A stretch of 64,000 nucleotides of DNA from Paracoccaceae bacterium (lineage in GTDB: Bacteria; Pseudomonadota; Alphaproteobacteria; Rhodobacterales; Rhodobacteraceae), in the NCBI GenBank assembly GCA_958296035.1, contig OY282431.1:2214037-2278036 (forward strand). Reading direction: 5' to 3'. A program made the position numbers and the translations under genes. The notes below the pieces were generated by a model. It did not search any database. It saw only the letters and a list, made by a program, of their open reading frames with translations, and was not told where the DNA came from. This document shows, in pieces, positions 1-12,477 of the stretch (within the stretch, counting starts at the first letter, position 1; every line of letters begins with the position of its first letter).

Positions 1-105
1 GAGTAAATTGTTCGGATAATTCAACTAACCGAACCAGTGAGTTTCTGCAACCCGGAGCAAGCGTGTTCACACTGATCATTCTACCCTGTGGTCAGGCCGA
101 ATGCA

Positions 106-891
106 TCAGATTGTCAGGTTTGTCGCTCCACCATCAAGAAGTATATTCTGCCCAACGATGTAGCCGGCCTGCTGAGAGCAAAGAAACGCACAGGCTGCAC
201 CAAACTCCTCAATTGTTCCGTAACGTCGCGCCGGAATTGTGCCCTGTCTGTTCTTTCTGGCTTGCTCATAGGTTATCCCTGCAGCCTCGGCTGCAGCCCG
301 GTCAAGTGAAACAGCGCGGTTCGTGGCATGGATACCGGGTAGCAGGTTATTGATCGTGACCCCGTAAGGTGCAACTTGCCGAGACGTTCCAGCGACGTAT
401 CCCGTCAAGCCCGCCCTCGCGCTGTTGGACAGTCCGAGAACCGCGATCGGAGACCTCACTGATTGTGACGTTATATTGACAACCCGCCCCCACCGCCGCT
501 CGATCATGCCAGGCAATAGACGCTTCATGAAGTCAACGGGAGCCAGCATGTTGGCATCGATTGCCTTGATAAAGTCCTCTCGGTTCCAATCTGACCACAT
601 TCCGGGCGGAGGGCCGCCGGCATTGGTGACCAAGATATCGGCATCCGGACAAACCGCTACAATTCTGTCCCTACCATCTTCGGTAACGACGTCGGCTGTG
701 ACCTCGATTACGTCAATTGCGTATCTGTCGCGAATTGCTTCAGCGGAAGCAGCAAGCGCCTCCTGTTTCCGGGCCGACATTACCAGGTTGACCCTGGCTT
801 CGGCCAGTGCGGTCGCACAACCTAGCCCCAGGCCCCTGGAGGAGGCGCAAACAATCGCCCATTTCCCGGCAATACCAAGATCCATATCCAA
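106..891 (-). CDS. SDR-family (short-chain dehydrogenase/reductase) oxidoreductase
   Basis: 261-aa ORF with an N-terminal Rossmann glycine motif (IVCASSRGLGLG) and a TNAGG motif. Length is typical of classical SDRs. Confidence 0.85.
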   Translation of the reverse strand: MDMDLGIAGKWAIVCASSRGLGLGCATALAEARVNLVMSARKQEALAASAEAIRDRYAIDVIEVTADVVTEDGRDRIVAVCPDADILVTNAGGPPPGMWSDWNREDFIKAIDANMLAPVDFMKRLLPGMIERRWGRVVNITSQSVRSPIAVLGLSNSARAGLTGYVAGTSRQVAPYGVTINNLLPGIHATNRAVSLDRAAAEAAGITYEQARKNRQGTIPARRYGTIEEFGAACAFLCSQQAGYIVGQNILLDGGATNLTI

Positions 892-1286
892 TCTCCAACT
901 TTCTGCATCGGTTTTGTGCTATAACCGCGTTTGCGCTGGGCACAACATGGCAACGTCGACTTTGGCCTTGCCCATTGGCTAATGTACCAATAGATACAGG
1001 ATCGACCAAAGGCCTGCAGCTTGCCCGTATTCGCCGTGTGCATCGTGCACGGAGCGTATCTGGCTCGCAGAAGCACGCACCGGATGTGAGACCTGGTTGT
1101 GTCGAGAATCCGGAGTTCAGCGTGGTCTAAGGCAGTCACTGCCCTTCTCTGGCACCTGTTGGCGCGCATGAAATACGAGCTGCGCCGCGCTAGACCACCG
1201 ATCAGCCCGCCCAATCAGGAGTAGAATCATCCCAGGATATAGACAGGCCGACAAGGGAATCGGCAAACCACTTCCGGAATTGTCCA

Positions 1287-2591
1287 ATGCAGTTTGAGGA
1301 ACTAGATCTCGATTATCGGCTGGCGGCCACAATCGCCGACTCTGGTTACACCGACATGACCCCGATACAGGAGGCAACACTTGCCAAGGCCCTAGTCGGA
1401 CGAGACATACTTGGCATTGCCCGTACCGGTACAGGCAAGACGGCCGCCTACCTTATCCCGACACTTAACGCCCTGAACTTTGGGACAACAAAGGCACGGA
1501 TGCCAAGGGCACTGATTCTGGTGCCAACACGTGAGCTGGCCATCCAGGTGCAAAAGTACTTTGAGCGATTATCTGCCGGTTCGAACCATACTTCCACGTT
1601 GCTGGTAGGTGGGACGCGCTATCAAGAACAGTCCTCCGACCTGCAGCGAGGGGTTGACGTCCTGATTGCAACACCAGGGAGACTGATAGATCATATTGAA
1701 CGCCAGAATGTAATTCTCCACGGCGTGCAAGTCCTGGTCGTGGACGAGGCCGACAGAATGCTTGAAGAAGGATTCATGCCACAGGTCGAACATATCGTTC
1801 GCCTCACGCCGTTCACTCGCCAGTCAATGCTTTTTTCGGCCACGATGGACCGGGCAATCGAGCGCGTGGGTCGAGAATACTTGCACAATCCGCTGGTTGT
1901 CGAGGTTAGTCCAAGGGCCACGGTTTCGACCCAGATCGATCAGTGCATATACGTCGTCGAGTCAGGACAATCTTCTGAAGAGTTTGATTTCAAGCGGGTC
2001 CTGCTGCGAAAGGTCCTGACCGAGCGAGGAGAAGACATCACGAACGCAATTATCTTCTGTAACCGCAAGGTCCACGTCGACATCGTCCAACAATCACTGT
2101 CGGTTCATAAATTCAACAGTGAGGCAATTCACGGCGACATGCACCAGTCCGTACGAACGGCGGTCATGGATAGATTTCGTAGCGGTGATTTCAAACTTCT
2201 GATTGCATCCGATGTGGCTTCAAGGGGACTGGACATCCCGACCGTTTCGCATGTGATAAACTTCGATGTACCAGTCAATCCCGAAGACTACATACATCGC
2301 ATCGGCAGAACAGGACGCGCTGGCAACACCGGCATGTCGATTACGCTGTGCGGTCAAGGGGAATTGAGATCACTCGGAGCAGTCGAGAAATTGATCGGGC
2401 ATGAGCTGCCCAGACGCAGCTGGAAAGCACCAGCCTCGGAAGTCAAGCGATTGCGCCGTCGCAAGTCGTACGCACGCAAGCGACGACGGCCACAGAGTTT
2501 TCGTTCATCAGCTGGCAAGCCTGCCAGACGGCGCCGAGGACAGCGCCGCCAGCACGGAGCCCCCCAGCCCAACCAGCAATCTACCGGGTAA
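1287..2591 (+). CDS. DEAD-box ATP-dependent RNA helicase (RhlE-like, basic C-terminal tail)
   Basis: Motif I ARTGTGKT, motif II VVDEAD, motif III SAT, motif VI HRIGRTGRAG. Arg/Lys-rich tail (RRRKSYARKRRRP). Confidence 0.92.
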   Translation: MQFEELDLDYRLAATIADSGYTDMTPIQEATLAKALVGRDILGIARTGTGKTAAYLIPTLNALNFGTTKARMPRALILVPTRELAIQVQKYFERLSAGSNHTSTLLVGGTRYQEQSSDLQRGVDVLIATPGRLIDHIERQNVILHGVQVLVVDEADRMLEEGFMPQVEHIVRLTPFTRQSMLFSATMDRAIERVGREYLHNPLVVEVSPRATVSTQIDQCIYVVESGQSSEEFDFKRVLLRKVLTERGEDITNAIIFCNRKVHVDIVQQSLSVHKFNSEAIHGDMHQSVRTAVMDRFRSGDFKLLIASDVASRGLDIPTVSHVINFDVPVNPEDYIHRIGRTGRAGNTGMSITLCGQGELRSLGAVEKLIGHELPRRSWKAPASEVKRLRRRKSYARKRRRPQSFRSSAGKPARRRRGQRRQHGAPQPNQQSTG

Positions 2592-2754
2592 GAATCGCCT
2601 GTCACCAGTCAGGGGCAATACGGCGGCCGGGCGCGGCACGAATGTACGGGACCAGTCAGCCCCTTGGCCAGGAGAGCCCTGGTCGCGGACCTGTGAGAAT
2701 TGCCATTTCGGACAGGCTGCAGCGTTGCACCGTGACTCCCGGCGCAAAGGCGTT

Positions 2755-4413
2755 TCAATCTGGCACAATCACCAAATGTACAACCGGCATCTTGCCAATG
2801 CTGTTCCGACAGTAATCATGAACAAATGTCCTGATCGTTGCCTCAAGATGCTTGCCAGCCCCCTTTCGGCGCATCCGCATTGACCCAGTGGCGGCGCAAC
2901 ATTCGGCTGCCAGTTGCTGGCAAAAGGCAGGTTCATCCTGCAAGGCCAGCCCCGCAGAAGTCACCCTTAGCCTTCGCACCCTGGATTTCTGCTTGTTGAC
3001 CATTGCAACAACACACACCGATCCCTCCCGCGCCATTCTGGCCCTGGCCTTGAGAAACTTCGCTGACCTGGAAAACAGCGTACCGTCCAGATAGAAGCGG
3101 CCGGGAGATATGGATTCGCCCTTGACAATCCTGCCGGCGATTATGTCGACCATCTGTCCATTCGATGCCAGGACAGTATTAAATCCATTTTCCTCGGCCA
3201 GCCGGGCGTGCTCGGCAAGATGGCGGTGCTCGCCATGCAGCGGTATGATGAGCTCTGGTGAAACAAGGTTGTGCATTTCAGTCAGGTCTGGCTGGTTCGG
3301 GTGTCCCGAGACATGGTACACATGTCTGGAATCCGTGATGACCTTGACGCCAAGTCTGGAGAACCCGTTCAGGGTGGACGCAACCCGAGATTCATTGCCC
3401 GGAATGGTACGCGAAGAATAGAGGACAGTATCTCCGGCCCGGGCTGTTATTCCCCGGAATCTGTGGCCGGTTGCAAGTCGGGCCATAGCCGCCCGGGATT
3501 CTCCCTGGCTACCTGTAGCAAGCACGACGAGACCATCACGCGGCAGGTTTCGAGCTTCCGCCAGCGATACCACGTGCGGCAACCCATCCAATATGCTGGC
3601 TGTAGCCACGGCCTCGACAATCTTGTTCATGGCCCGCCCGAGAAGCACAACCTTTCTGCCACACTCCCCCGCGGCAACAGCCATCTGGTACAAACGGGCA
3701 ATGTTGGAAGCAAATGTGGTTGCAAATATTGTGCCCCGACACCTTGAAAACAGGTACAGGAGATTTGGGCCGACCTCACTTTCCGAATGGCCCGTTTCAG
3801 GAATCATTGCATTGGTCGAGTCGCAAGCCAGGGCCAATATCTGTCCTGTGGATGCCTCACGCCACATATGTGCGTCAAACGCTTCGCCGACAACGGGCTC
3901 AACATCCAGCTTGAAATCACCACTGTGAATGATGCGGCCGAGAGGTGTATCAATGACCAGTCCTGAAGACTCCGGAATGGAATGCGAAACCGGTAGAAAC
4001 GAACAATGAAAGGGGCCTGCGGAGCACACACTCGGATATGGTTCGGATGTTCGCATTTCGTCGGTGAAGCTGTCGTTCCGTCTGATGCCGGCAAGGACTA
4101 TTTCGGCAGTGAGCGGACGCACATAAATCGGAACCTGCAGCTCTTCCGCCAGGAATTCCAGTGCTCCGGCGTGATCAAGATGACCGTGGGTAATGAAGAT
4201 CGCTTCGATCTGGTTGCGACGCTGAAGGAGCCATGAAAAGTTCGGCGTGATCAGCTCAACACCAGGGCTCGTTGCATCGTCCGAGAAGGTCACACCGGCA
4301 TCTACGACAATCAGTCGCTCTTGCCCGGGAAGGCCGTAGCCGTAAATGTACATGTTCATGCCGACCTCGCCGGCGCCTCCCAAAGGCATGTAGATCAGCC
4401 GTGATTCAGTCAT
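2755..4413 (-). CDS. rnj: ribonuclease J (beta-CASP metallo-beta-lactamase RNase)
   Basis: HxHxDH motif (THGHLDHAG) and N-terminal MPLGGAGEVGMNMY. Start placed at MTESRLIY (ATG 4413, ATGA overlap with the coaX stop) rather than the ORF-track start at 4446. Confidence 0.85.
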   Translation of the reverse strand: MTESRLIYMPLGGAGEVGMNMYIYGYGLPGQERLIVVDAGVTFSDDATSPGVELITPNFSWLLQRRNQIEAIFITHGHLDHAGALEFLAEELQVPIYVRPLTAEIVLAGIRRNDSFTDEMRTSEPYPSVCSAGPFHCSFLPVSHSIPESSGLVIDTPLGRIIHSGDFKLDVEPVVGEAFDAHMWREASTGQILALACDSTNAMIPETGHSESEVGPNLLYLFSRCRGTIFATTFASNIARLYQMAVAAGECGRKVVLLGRAMNKIVEAVATASILDGLPHVVSLAEARNLPRDGLVVLATGSQGESRAAMARLATGHRFRGITARAGDTVLYSSRTIPGNESRVASTLNGFSRLGVKVITDSRHVYHVSGHPNQPDLTEMHNLVSPELIIPLHGEHRHLAEHARLAEENGFNTVLASNGQMVDIIAGRIVKGESISPGRFYLDGTLFSRSAKFLKARARMAREGSVCVVAMVNKQKSRVRRLRVTSAGLALQDEPAFCQQLAAECCAATGSMRMRRKGAGKHLEATIRTFVHDYCRNSIGKMPVVHLVIVPD

Positions 4414-5186
4414 GTTTCCCTGATAGCGTTGTGCCGATGGATGCATACCAGCCCATGCACCGTGAGGTCGGCGTCGACCTGGTAGAGGTGTTCGTTCTTG
4501 TCGTACAGGAGGGGAGCAAGGCCACCTGTTCCTATTCTTCGCATGGCCGACCCACGCTCTGCCTCAATTCTTCGGCAGATGCCGTCAACAAGGCTGACGT
4601 AACCCCAGTATATCCCGGAGCGCATGCAGTCCCGGGTATTTTGTCCTACCACACTGGACGGCTTTCTGACATCTATTGCCGGCAATGCCGCGGCCGCGTG
4701 GTGAAGAGCCTCGACCGAAAGCTCCACCCCAGGTGCAATGACGCCGCCGGCATAGGCACCGTCGTCGTCCACGACATCAAAAGTTGTAGCCGTTCCAAAA
4801 TCGACAACTATCAGGTTGCCCCCGTAGCGATCATGTGCCGCAACCGTATTGACCAGCCTGTCAGAACCAACGTGCGTGTTCCTGTCGACTCTGACCTCGA
4901 CCGGCAGTCGACATTCAGGACGGCCCACAACGAGGGGCGCAATGTTGAAATACCTGCGACACAACAGATCGAGATTGTAGACCGTCCCCGGCACGACCGA
5001 TGAAACCACAGCCGCTTCGATATCAATATCTGGATGTTCGGCCTTCATCAGCACAGACAACCATGCGAAATACTCCTCGGCGGTTCGCCGGGATCGACTG
5101 TCGCATCGCCAGCGGCACGTGATCCTGCACCCGTCAACTGCCGCAAAAACGGTATTGGTGTTTCCCACATCAATCGCCAGCAACAT
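4410..5186 (-). CDS. coaX: type III pantothenate kinase
   Basis: N-terminal MLLAIDVGNTNT (ASKHA phosphate-binding motif), 258 aa. Its start abuts the birA stop. Confidence 0.85.
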   Translation of the reverse strand: MLLAIDVGNTNTVFAAVDGCRITCRWRCDSRSRRTAEEYFAWLSVLMKAEHPDIDIEAAVVSSVVPGTVYNLDLLCRRYFNIAPLVVGRPECRLPVEVRVDRNTHVGSDRLVNTVAAHDRYGGNLIVVDFGTATTFDVVDDDGAYAGGVIAPGVELSVEALHHAAAALPAIDVRKPSSVVGQNTRDCMRSGIYWGYVSLVDGICRRIEAERGSAMRRIGTGGLAPLLYDKNEHLYQVDADLTVHGLVCIHRHNAIRET

Positions 5187-5945
5187 CTAGGATGCATCCA
5201 CAAGACTCAGGTCGGCGGCCGAGACCAGATGTCGACCTCCGGCACTCATGACCACCGCCTGACCGGAATCATTGATCGTCCTGAAAACACCTTCAATACA
5301 CGCCCTGGCCTGAACGATGTGGACCGGCTTATCGAGCAGATAGGCATGGGCGAGCCAGTCGCGACGAATTCCACCAAAACCTTCGACTGAAAACTGGCGA
5401 TTCCGGGCTCTGAGCGCCGTCGCCAATTGTCGCAGGAACGCCTCCGGCCCGGGACCACAGGCCGTCAGATCGAGCAGGCTGGAAGCCTGGGGCCGGCGCA
5501 AGCTTCTATCTGCAAGTTCGGGCGCAGAAACCAGATTGACCCCGAAGCCGGTCAGCACAAATCTGCACTGGCGATGGGCGATGTTCTCCAGCAGGATTCC
5601 GGCAACTTTCTGTCCCTGAACCAGGACGTCGTTCGGCCACTTCAAGGCAACGTCACAGCCGCCGCCTGCAAGGTTGACAATACAGTCGCGCAGGGCGAGC
5701 GAAGCAACGAATGAACGCAAGGATGACCGAACCGGCGCCTCGAATACCTGATGCGTGTGCGTAGCAAAGAGATTACCAGTTTCTGAAACCCAGCTTCGCC
5801 CGCGACGGCCCCTTCCCTGGCTTTGCCGGCGGGCCATGATCCATTCGACCGCCCTGCCAGCGCCAACCAGGCGAGCTGCTTCAGCATTTGTGCTGTCCAC
5901 CGAATCGAGGATTCGACAGTCTTCGGTCCAGTCGGCTTGCTGCAT
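5187..5945 (-). CDS. birA: biotin--[acetyl-CoA-carboxylase] ligase (no N-terminal HTH)
   Basis: 252 aa with the GRGRxGRxW biotin-binding motif (GRGRRGRSW). Its start abuts the nuoN stop. Confidence 0.85.
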   Translation of the reverse strand: MQQADWTEDCRILDSVDSTNAEAARLVGAGRAVEWIMARRQSQGRGRRGRSWVSETGNLFATHTHQVFEAPVRSSLRSFVASLALRDCIVNLAGGGCDVALKWPNDVLVQGQKVAGILLENIAHRQCRFVLTGFGVNLVSAPELADRSLRRPQASSLLDLTACGPGPEAFLRQLATALRARNRQFSVEGFGGIRRDWLAHAYLLDKPVHIVQARACIEGVFRTINDSGQAVVMSAGGRHLVSAADLSLVDAS

Positions 5946-7415
5946 CTACTGAAACAGCGCTGTGGCTGCGACCGAACTCAGTTGTGAAATGTTGAAAAGG
6001 TTCACGACTCCGAAGACCACGATTATGGCCGAGGTTACGAGGGCTAACAGGCCCGAACGAGGCATGGTTCCGTCGAGTGGTATTCCCGGCGTGCCAAAAT
6101 ACATGACGTAAACAATTCGCAGGTAATAGAAGGCACCAATCACTGATGCTATGCCTCCGCTGACGGCGAGCCAGATCATGCCGGCGTCGATCGCAGCCAG
6201 GAAAACGTACAGTTTTGCGACAAATCCCAGCAACGGAACGATGCCGGCGAGCGAAAACAGAAGCAGCAGCAATGACAGCGCATGGACAGGAGACTGGCGG
6301 GAATACATGCCGAGGGCGTAAATGTCGGTTACCGGTCGATTGCGCCGCCTCATCGAAAGAATGAATGCAAAAGTCCCGACATTCATAACCAGGTAGATCG
6401 CCATATAGAGCAGCATGGCGTCCACACCCCGGGAAGTGCCTGCGGCTGCGCCCATTAACGCAAAGCCCATATGCGCAATCGACGAATAGGCCATCAGCCG
6501 CTTGATATCCGTCTGTCCAATTGCGGTAATTGCTCCGACAAACATCGAAATAACCGAAACCGAGGCGATGATAAGCTGCCAGTCCGCCACAATGTTGCCA
6601 AAACCTGACGTCAGAAGCCGGACCAGGAGTATCAACGCCGCCACTTTCGGGGCGGTGGAAAATAGCGCCGTTACCGGCGTCGGCGAGCCTTCATAGACGT
6701 CCGGTGTCCACATGTGGAACGGAGCAGCCGAAACCTTGAAGGCCAGCGCCACGATCATGAATGCCATGCCGAACAGGAGACCTGTTGTCTTGGTAACATC
6801 ATGGCCTGCGGACAAGGTCGTGGTGTCTGGCACCATCGCAGCTGCGATGCCACTCAACGAGGTGGTGCCGGCAAAGCCATAGACAAGCGAGGCACCGTAA
6901 AGCAGCAAACCTGACGACAGGGCTCCCAGCACGAAATACTTGAGCCCGGCTTCGGTAGAACGCACGCTGTCGCGCTGGAAAGCCGCCAGGACATAAAGCG
7001 ACAGCGACTGCAACTCAAGCCCGAGATACATGACGACGAGGTCATTGGCTGACACCATGATCATCATCCCGAGCACCGCAAAGCCGACAAGAATCGGGAA
7101 TTCGAACTTGGCCAGGCGCTCGCGCCTGAGAAAATCCTGGCTTATGACCAGGACGACTGCCGATGAAAGCAGAACCATTACCTTGGCAAAACGCGATAGG
7201 GAGTCATCGACAAATGAGGCAGTAAATGCGGTCTTTTCACCGGTTGTGGCAAAGGCAATCCATGCGGCCAGCCCGACCAGGACAACGCTGGTCAGCCATA
7301 TGAGTGCAGCACCTGATTGCTGCCCCTTCGAATAGACTGCCCAGATCAGTGCCGACATCGCATATACGGCCAGCACCAGCTCGGGAAGGACTACGGTGAG
7401 ATCATTCAGTGTCAT
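5946..7415 (-). CDS. nuoN: NADH-quinone oxidoreductase subunit N
   Basis: Polytopic antiporter-like protein, last gene of the nuo cluster. Start set to MTLNDL (ATG 7415, 14-nt overlap with the nuoM stop). The 31 extra residues in the ORF track do not look like membrane protein. Confidence 0.9.
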   Translation of the reverse strand: MTLNDLTVVLPELVLAVYAMSALIWAVYSKGQQSGAALIWLTSVVLVGLAAWIAFATTGEKTAFTASFVDDSLSRFAKVMVLLSSAVVLVISQDFLRRERLAKFEFPILVGFAVLGMMIMVSANDLVVMYLGLELQSLSLYVLAAFQRDSVRSTEAGLKYFVLGALSSGLLLYGASLVYGFAGTTSLSGIAAAMVPDTTTLSAGHDVTKTTGLLFGMAFMIVALAFKVSAAPFHMWTPDVYEGSPTPVTALFSTAPKVAALILLVRLLTSGFGNIVADWQLIIASVSVISMFVGAITAIGQTDIKRLMAYSSIAHMGFALMGAAAGTSRGVDAMLLYMAIYLVMNVGTFAFILSMRRRNRPVTDIYALGMYSRQSPVHALSLLLLLFSLAGIVPLLGFVAKLYVFLAAIDAGMIWLAVSGGIASVIGAFYYLRIVYVMYFGTPGIPLDGTMPRSGLLALVTSAIIVVFGVVNLFNISQLSSVAATALFQ

Positions 7416-8961
7416 GAGCAGCCAGAGAATCGTAATTCTGCACGTCCAGCGCCGAGAACGCATGCAGGTTAACCTGATCAACAAGCTGCTGGACGCTCGT
7501 ACCGACAATGTCGGTAACCAGACTTGGATAAACGCCGAGGAGTAGCGTCATGACCAGCAATGGCGCAAAGACCAGCTTCTCGCGACGACTGAGATCGCCG
7601 ATCTGCTTGATGGCACGCTTGACAAGATCGCCATAAACAACGCGACGGAACAACCAGAGCGCATAGGCGGCCGACAGAATGACACCGGTGGCGGCACCAG
7701 CTGCGACCCAGGAATTGTATTGAAACGCTGCCACCAATGTGAGGAACTCGCCTACAAAACCGCTTGTGCCCGGCAACCCGACATTGGCCAGTGTAAAGAA
7801 CATGAACACCATCGCATAGCGCGGCATGCGCACGACAAGCCCACCGTAAAAGGCAATGTCTCGCCTGTGCACACGGTCGTAAACAACCCCGACAATGAGA
7901 AAGAGCGCCCCCGAGATAAGCCCGTGCGACAGCATCTGGAAAATGGCGCCGTCAATTCCCTGCCTTGTCGCCGTGAAGATGCCAATCGTGACAAATCCCA
8001 TATGGGCAACCGAGGAATAGGCTATCAGCTTCTTCATGTCTTCCTGCATCATTGCCACCAGCGAGGTGTAGATGATGGCAATTACGCTCAACCACATGAC
8101 CAGCGGCGCAAGAATATCCGATCCAATCGGAAACATCGGCAGATTGAAGCGCAGGAAACCGTAGCCACCCATTTTCAGGAGAATGGCGGCAAGAATTACC
8201 GAGCCCCCTGTCGGTGCTTCAACATGGGCATCCGGCAGCCAGGTATGCACCGGCCACATCGGCAACTTGACGGCGAACGAAGCAAAGAAGGCCAACCACA
8301 TGATGGTCTGCAAGCCGCCACGAACCTGCATTCCCAGCACGGAAATAGTCTCCGATGGCACCCTGAATTCCAGCAGCTTCACGATATCCGAAGTTCCTGC
8401 AAGCTGCCAGAGGACGATCATGGCAATCAGCATCAGGATGGAGCCAAGCAAGGTATAAAGGAAAAACTTGAAGGTCGCGTAGAGCCTTCTCTTGCCACCC
8501 CAGATACCGATGATCAGAAACATCGGGATGAGCCCGGCTTCGAAAAAGAAATAGAACAGTACCAGGTCCAGGGAGCAGAACACACCGATCATCAGTGTTT
8601 CAAGCACCAGGAATGCAATCATGAATTCCTTGACCCGGGTCTCCACATTCCAGCAGGCCAGTATGGTAATTGGCATCAGGAAAGTGGTCAGAATCACGAA
8701 CAGAATGCTGATGCCGTCGACGCCCAGCTTGTACTGGAGGCCCGGCAACCAGAAGCGTTGCTCGACAAACTGGAATCCTGCTACCGTCGAGTCGAAACTG
8801 AAGAGCACAAACAGCGAGATCAGGAAGGTCGCCGTAGTGGCAACCAGTGCAAGCAGCTTGACGTTCCTCACCGCTGCCGGATCTTCTCCCCGCAGAAACA
8901 GACCCATGATCGCCGCTGCCAACAGCGGCGTAAAGGTCACGATTGACAGGATGATATCCAT
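7402..8961 (-). CDS. nuoM: NADH-quinone oxidoreductase subunit M
   Basis: 519-aa Mrp-antiporter-like membrane subunit. Position between nuoL and nuoN. 1-nt overlap with the nuoL stop. Confidence 0.93.
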   Translation of the reverse strand: MDIILSIVTFTPLLAAAIMGLFLRGEDPAAVRNVKLLALVATTATFLISLFVLFSFDSTVAGFQFVEQRFWLPGLQYKLGVDGISILFVILTTFLMPITILACWNVETRVKEFMIAFLVLETLMIGVFCSLDLVLFYFFFEAGLIPMFLIIGIWGGKRRLYATFKFFLYTLLGSILMLIAMIVLWQLAGTSDIVKLLEFRVPSETISVLGMQVRGGLQTIMWLAFFASFAVKLPMWPVHTWLPDAHVEAPTGGSVILAAILLKMGGYGFLRFNLPMFPIGSDILAPLVMWLSVIAIIYTSLVAMMQEDMKKLIAYSSVAHMGFVTIGIFTATRQGIDGAIFQMLSHGLISGALFLIVGVVYDRVHRRDIAFYGGLVVRMPRYAMVFMFFTLANVGLPGTSGFVGEFLTLVAAFQYNSWVAAGAATGVILSAAYALWLFRRVVYGDLVKRAIKQIGDLSRREKLVFAPLLVMTLLLGVYPSLVTDIVGTSVQQLVDQVNLHAFSALDVQNYDSLAAHDTE

Positions 8962-10928
8962 CAGGCGCCACCGGCCACGATGGCGATCACGACGAGTACG
9001 CTCGCCACGCCAATAACCATCACGAAAGCATAGTGATAGAGATATCCTGACTGAAACCTGCGCCCCAGTGCAGTCAGTCCTGGCACGGCACGGAAGGCAA
9101 TCCCGTCAATCAGGCCATCGATGACCTTGCCGTCTCCCTTGGTCCACAGGAACCTGCCAAGCCATTTGGCGCTCCTTACGAAAAGAAAGTCGTATGCTTC
9201 GTCAAAATACCACTTGTTGAGAAGGAACAGGTAGAGGGGGCGATGGGTTGCTGCCAGTCGCTCGGGTATCCGGGGATTGGCAATGTAGAAAAGCCATGCG
9301 AAAGCGAGCCCGGTGACCATGGCAATAAACGGAGCCGCCTTGACAAGCCTGGGCACATAATGGGCGTCGTGAAGGACATGGTTACCGCTTGCTACATAGA
9401 CCGAGGTCGTAAAGAACTCCTCCACCCTGCTACCAAAAAACTCATCGTACCAGACCATTCCGGCAAGGCACGAACCGAGCGCCAGTACCGCCAGCGGAAC
9501 AAGCATCGACAGCGGGGATTCATGAGCATGCGCGTGGGTGTCGGCATCACCACGGGGTGAACCGTAGAAGGTCAAGAAGATCAGTCGCCAGGAATAAAAG
9601 CTGGTCATCAATGCCGAAACGACGAGCAACCAGAATATGGTCGAGCCGGACTCGCTGCCGGCTGCAAAGGCAGACTCAATGATGGCATCCTTCGACAGGA
9701 AACCGGCAAATCCAAAATGTGTTAGCGGGATGCCAACACCGGTAATTGCGAGTGTGCCAATGACCATCGCCGCAAATGTCCAGGGGATTTTCTTTCGTAG
9801 CCCCCCATAGTTACGCATGTCCTGATCATGATGCATGGCATGTATGACCGAGCCTGCCCCGAGAAACAGCATGGCCTTGAAAAAGGCATGCGTAAACAGG
9901 TGGAACATGGCGACCTGGTAGACACCGACGCCTGCTGCAGCGAACATGTAGCCCAGCTGCGAGCAGGTCGAATAGGCAATGACCCGCTTGATGTCGTTCT
10001 GAACCAGGCCAATCGTTGCGGCGAAAAAGGCCGTTGCGGCACCCAGGACGGCGACAATGGTAAGAGCCGTCGGCGCAAATTCGAAAAGCGGTGACATGCG
10101 GCAAACCAGAAAGACGCCTGCTGTCACCATTGTGGCAGCGTGGATCAGAGCAGATACCGGAGTCGGCCCCTCCATGGCGTCGGGCAACCAGGTGTGGAGG
10201 AAAAGTTGCGCCGACTTGCCGCAAGCACCCACAAACAGGAGAATGGCGGTCAACTCGGCTGCATTGACTTGCAGCCAGAGAAATTCGAGATCGGTGTTGG
10301 CAAGCCTCGGCGCAGCGGCAAAGATGTCATCAAGAATAACTGAACCGGTAAGGTAAAAGAGAGCAAATATTCCGAGAGCGAGGCCAAAATCGCCGATCCG
10401 ATTGACGATAAAGGCCTTTATGGCAGCTTCGTTGGCAGAATCCTTGCGGTAGTAGAAGCCGATCAGGAGATAGGAAGCAACGCCAACCCCTTCCCAACCA
10501 AAAAACAATTGCAGAAGATTGTCCGAGGTCACCAGTGCCAGCATGGCAAAGGTAAAAAATGACAGATAGGCAAAAAACCGTGGTTTATAGCTTTCGTGCT
10601 CCTTCCAGTTGGGATCGGCATGCATGTAACCAAGACTATACATGTGGACGAGCGACGATATTGTTGTGACAACAACAAGCATGATCGCCGTCAGTCGATC
10701 AAGTCTGATCGACCAGTCTGCAATCAGGTCGCCACTGTCAACGAAGCGGAAAAGCCGGATATATTCTGTCGTGCCATCAAAAGTCAGAAACACGATCCAG
10801 CTTAACAGTGCTGCCAGGAACAGAAGTCCGGTGCTGATCAGAGTCGCCAGACGCTCACCGACAAGACGATGGAAGAAGCCGCTGAGAACAGCACCCGCCA
10901 GCGGCGCGAACAGAATAACCGGTTCCAT
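8961..10928 (-). CDS. nuoL: NADH-quinone oxidoreductase subunit L
   Basis: 655-aa antiporter-like subunit with the long C-terminal extension typical of NuoL. Confidence 0.93.
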   Translation of the reverse strand: MEPVILFAPLAGAVLSGFFHRLVGERLATLISTGLLFLAALLSWIVFLTFDGTTEYIRLFRFVDSGDLIADWSIRLDRLTAIMLVVVTTISSLVHMYSLGYMHADPNWKEHESYKPRFFAYLSFFTFAMLALVTSDNLLQLFFGWEGVGVASYLLIGFYYRKDSANEAAIKAFIVNRIGDFGLALGIFALFYLTGSVILDDIFAAAPRLANTDLEFLWLQVNAAELTAILLFVGACGKSAQLFLHTWLPDAMEGPTPVSALIHAATMVTAGVFLVCRMSPLFEFAPTALTIVAVLGAATAFFAATIGLVQNDIKRVIAYSTCSQLGYMFAAAGVGVYQVAMFHLFTHAFFKAMLFLGAGSVIHAMHHDQDMRNYGGLRKKIPWTFAAMVIGTLAITGVGIPLTHFGFAGFLSKDAIIESAFAAGSESGSTIFWLLVVSALMTSFYSWRLIFLTFYGSPRGDADTHAHAHESPLSMLVPLAVLALGSCLAGMVWYDEFFGSRVEEFFTTSVYVASGNHVLHDAHYVPRLVKAAPFIAMVTGLAFAWLFYIANPRIPERLAATHRPLYLFLLNKWYFDEAYDFLFVRSAKWLGRFLWTKGDGKVIDGLIDGIAFRAVPGLTALGRRFQSGYLYHYAFVMVIGVASVLVVIAIVAGGA

Positions 10929-10935
10929 GCGGCCG

Positions 10936-11241
10936 CTATCCCTTCATCAGGTTGACATCATCCACAGCAATCGAGCTGCGGTTTCGAAAGAAGCAGACCA
11001 GAATGGCAAGCCCGATAGCTGCTTCGGCAGCAGCCACCGTCAACACGAACAGAGCAAACACCTGACCGACGAGATCGGACAGAAAAACCGAAAAGGCTAC
11101 AAGATTGATGTTGACAGCTACCAGCATCAACTCGATCGACATCAGGATGATGATCACGTTCTTGCGATTCAGGAAAATGCCGAAGACCCCAATCACGAAA
11201 ATGGTCGCTGCCACGATCAGATAATGTTCGATACCGATCAT
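10936..11241 (-). CDS. nuoK: NADH-quinone oxidoreductase subunit K
   Basis: 101-aa protein with three TM helices starting [12 protein letters not shown] (ATG 11241). The upstream part of the 194-aa ORF overlaps nuoJ and was rejected. Confidence 0.9.
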   Translation of the reverse strand: MIGIEHYLIVAATIFVIGVFGIFLNRKNVIIILMSIELMLVAVNINLVAFSVFLSDLVGQVFALFVLTVAAAEAAIGLAILVCFFRNRSSIAVDDVNLMKG

Positions 11242-11855
11242 TTGAGCCCTCTCCCCGGCTCGACGTCCCGCAACTCGAGTGAGGCATCGGGATCGCGATA
11301 AATCTGGGTCAAAATGTCCTGCCGCTTCACACCGCGGCGACGACGATGCGTCAGCACTATAGCGCCGATCATTGCGACGAGCAGTATCAGGCCGGCCGTT
11401 TGAAAGCCAAAAACGTACCTGGTGTAGATGACCCTGCCCAGCGCTACGCTGTTCTGAACTTCCGTGGCATCGGGCGTTTCTGTCTGACGCAATGCACTGG
11501 CATCGGGCGAGGTTTCCCATGCAACGAACTGGGCACCAAGTACCATCAGCAGAACCAGACCGATTAGCAGTCCAAGCGGGATGTATCTGGCCATTCCTGC
11601 CTTGAATTCGGCAAAGTCGACGTCGAGCATCATCACCACAAAAAGGAAAAGCACCGCAACCGCGCCGACATAGACAATGATCAGCAACATGGCGATGAAT
11701 TCGGCACCGAGCAGCACGAACAGCCCGGCTGTGCTGATGAAAGTCAGGATCAGGAACAGAACTGCGTGTACAGGATTGCGTGCGAATACAACTGACAATG
11801 CCGCCAGTATGGCCAGCCCGGAAAAACCGTAGAATGCAAGCTCTACCAGGTTCAT
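11238..11855 (-). CDS. nuoJ: NADH-quinone oxidoreductase subunit J
   Basis: Start set to [13 protein letters not shown] (ATG 11855), 205 aa, hydrophobic. 4-nt overlap with the nuoK start. Confidence 0.88.
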   Translation of the reverse strand: MNLVELAFYGFSGLAILAALSVVFARNPVHAVLFLILTFISTAGLFVLLGAEFIAMLLIIVYVGAVAVLFLFVVMMLDVDFAEFKAGMARYIPLGLLIGLVLLMVLGAQFVAWETSPDASALRQTETPDATEVQNSVALGRVIYTRYVFGFQTAGLILLVAMIGAIVLTHRRRRGVKRQDILTQIYRDPDASLELRDVEPGRGLK

Positions 11856-11976
11856 TGCGGCATCACTCCCGCAACCGCCGGACAGGCGAGACCGACCTGG
11901 GCCAACGCTGCGCCCACGTCCAGGCTTGGACCCTCCATCAACGAACTCCCAACTCGGCACGCACCGTCAAGGACAA

Positions 11977-12474
11977 CTATCTGTAAGCCGCATCAAGTTC
12001 GATGTTGCGGGCGATCTCCGCTTCCCAGCGGTCGCCGTTGGCGAGAAGCCGTTCCTTGTCATAAAAAAGCTCTTCGCGGGTTTCTGTTGAGAATTCGAAA
12101 TTTGGTCCCTGAACAATCGCGTCCACCGGACATGCTTCCTGGCAATATCCGCAGTAGATGCACTTTGTCATGTCAATGTCGTATCGGGTTGTGCGACGTG
12201 AACCGTCGGCGCGAGGTTCGGCCTCGATTGTGATGGCCTGGGCGGGACAAATCGCCTCGCACAGCTTGCAGGCGATGCATCTCTCCTCTCCATTCGGATA
12301 CCGTCGCAACGCATGTTCGCCGCGAAAGCGCGGCGAAAGCGGTCCCTTTTCATGGGGATAGTTGATGGTAGCCTTGGGCGCCAGGAAGTAACGCATACCC
12401 TTCCTTAGCCCGACCAGGAAGTCTGCCAGCAAAACGTATCTCAGCGCCCGGCGCATGCTTGCCCTTGCAATCAT
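11977..12474 (-). CDS. nuoI: NADH-quinone oxidoreductase subunit I (2x[4Fe-4S])
   Basis: Two ferredoxin motifs, [12 protein letters not shown] and [12 protein letters not shown]. 165 aa. Confidence 0.93.
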   Translation of the reverse strand: MIARASMRRALRYVLLADFLVGLRKGMRYFLAPKATINYPHEKGPLSPRFRGEHALRRYPNGEERCIACKLCEAICPAQAITIEAEPRADGSRRTTRYDIDMTKCIYCGYCQEACPVDAIVQGPNFEFSTETREELFYDKERLLANGDRWEAEIARNIELDAAYR

Positions 12475-12477
12475 TGT

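Noticed and set aside
7720-8946. 408-aa plus-strand ORF inside nuoM. Similar long antisense ORFs occur elsewhere, for example 13886-15412 (508 aa) inside nuoG and 18409-19068 inside nuoD.
   Set aside because: These are shadow ORFs opposite strongly supported nuo genes. Their composition is His/Arg/Gln-rich, they carry no motifs, and they are typical antisense artefacts of GC-biased codon usage.
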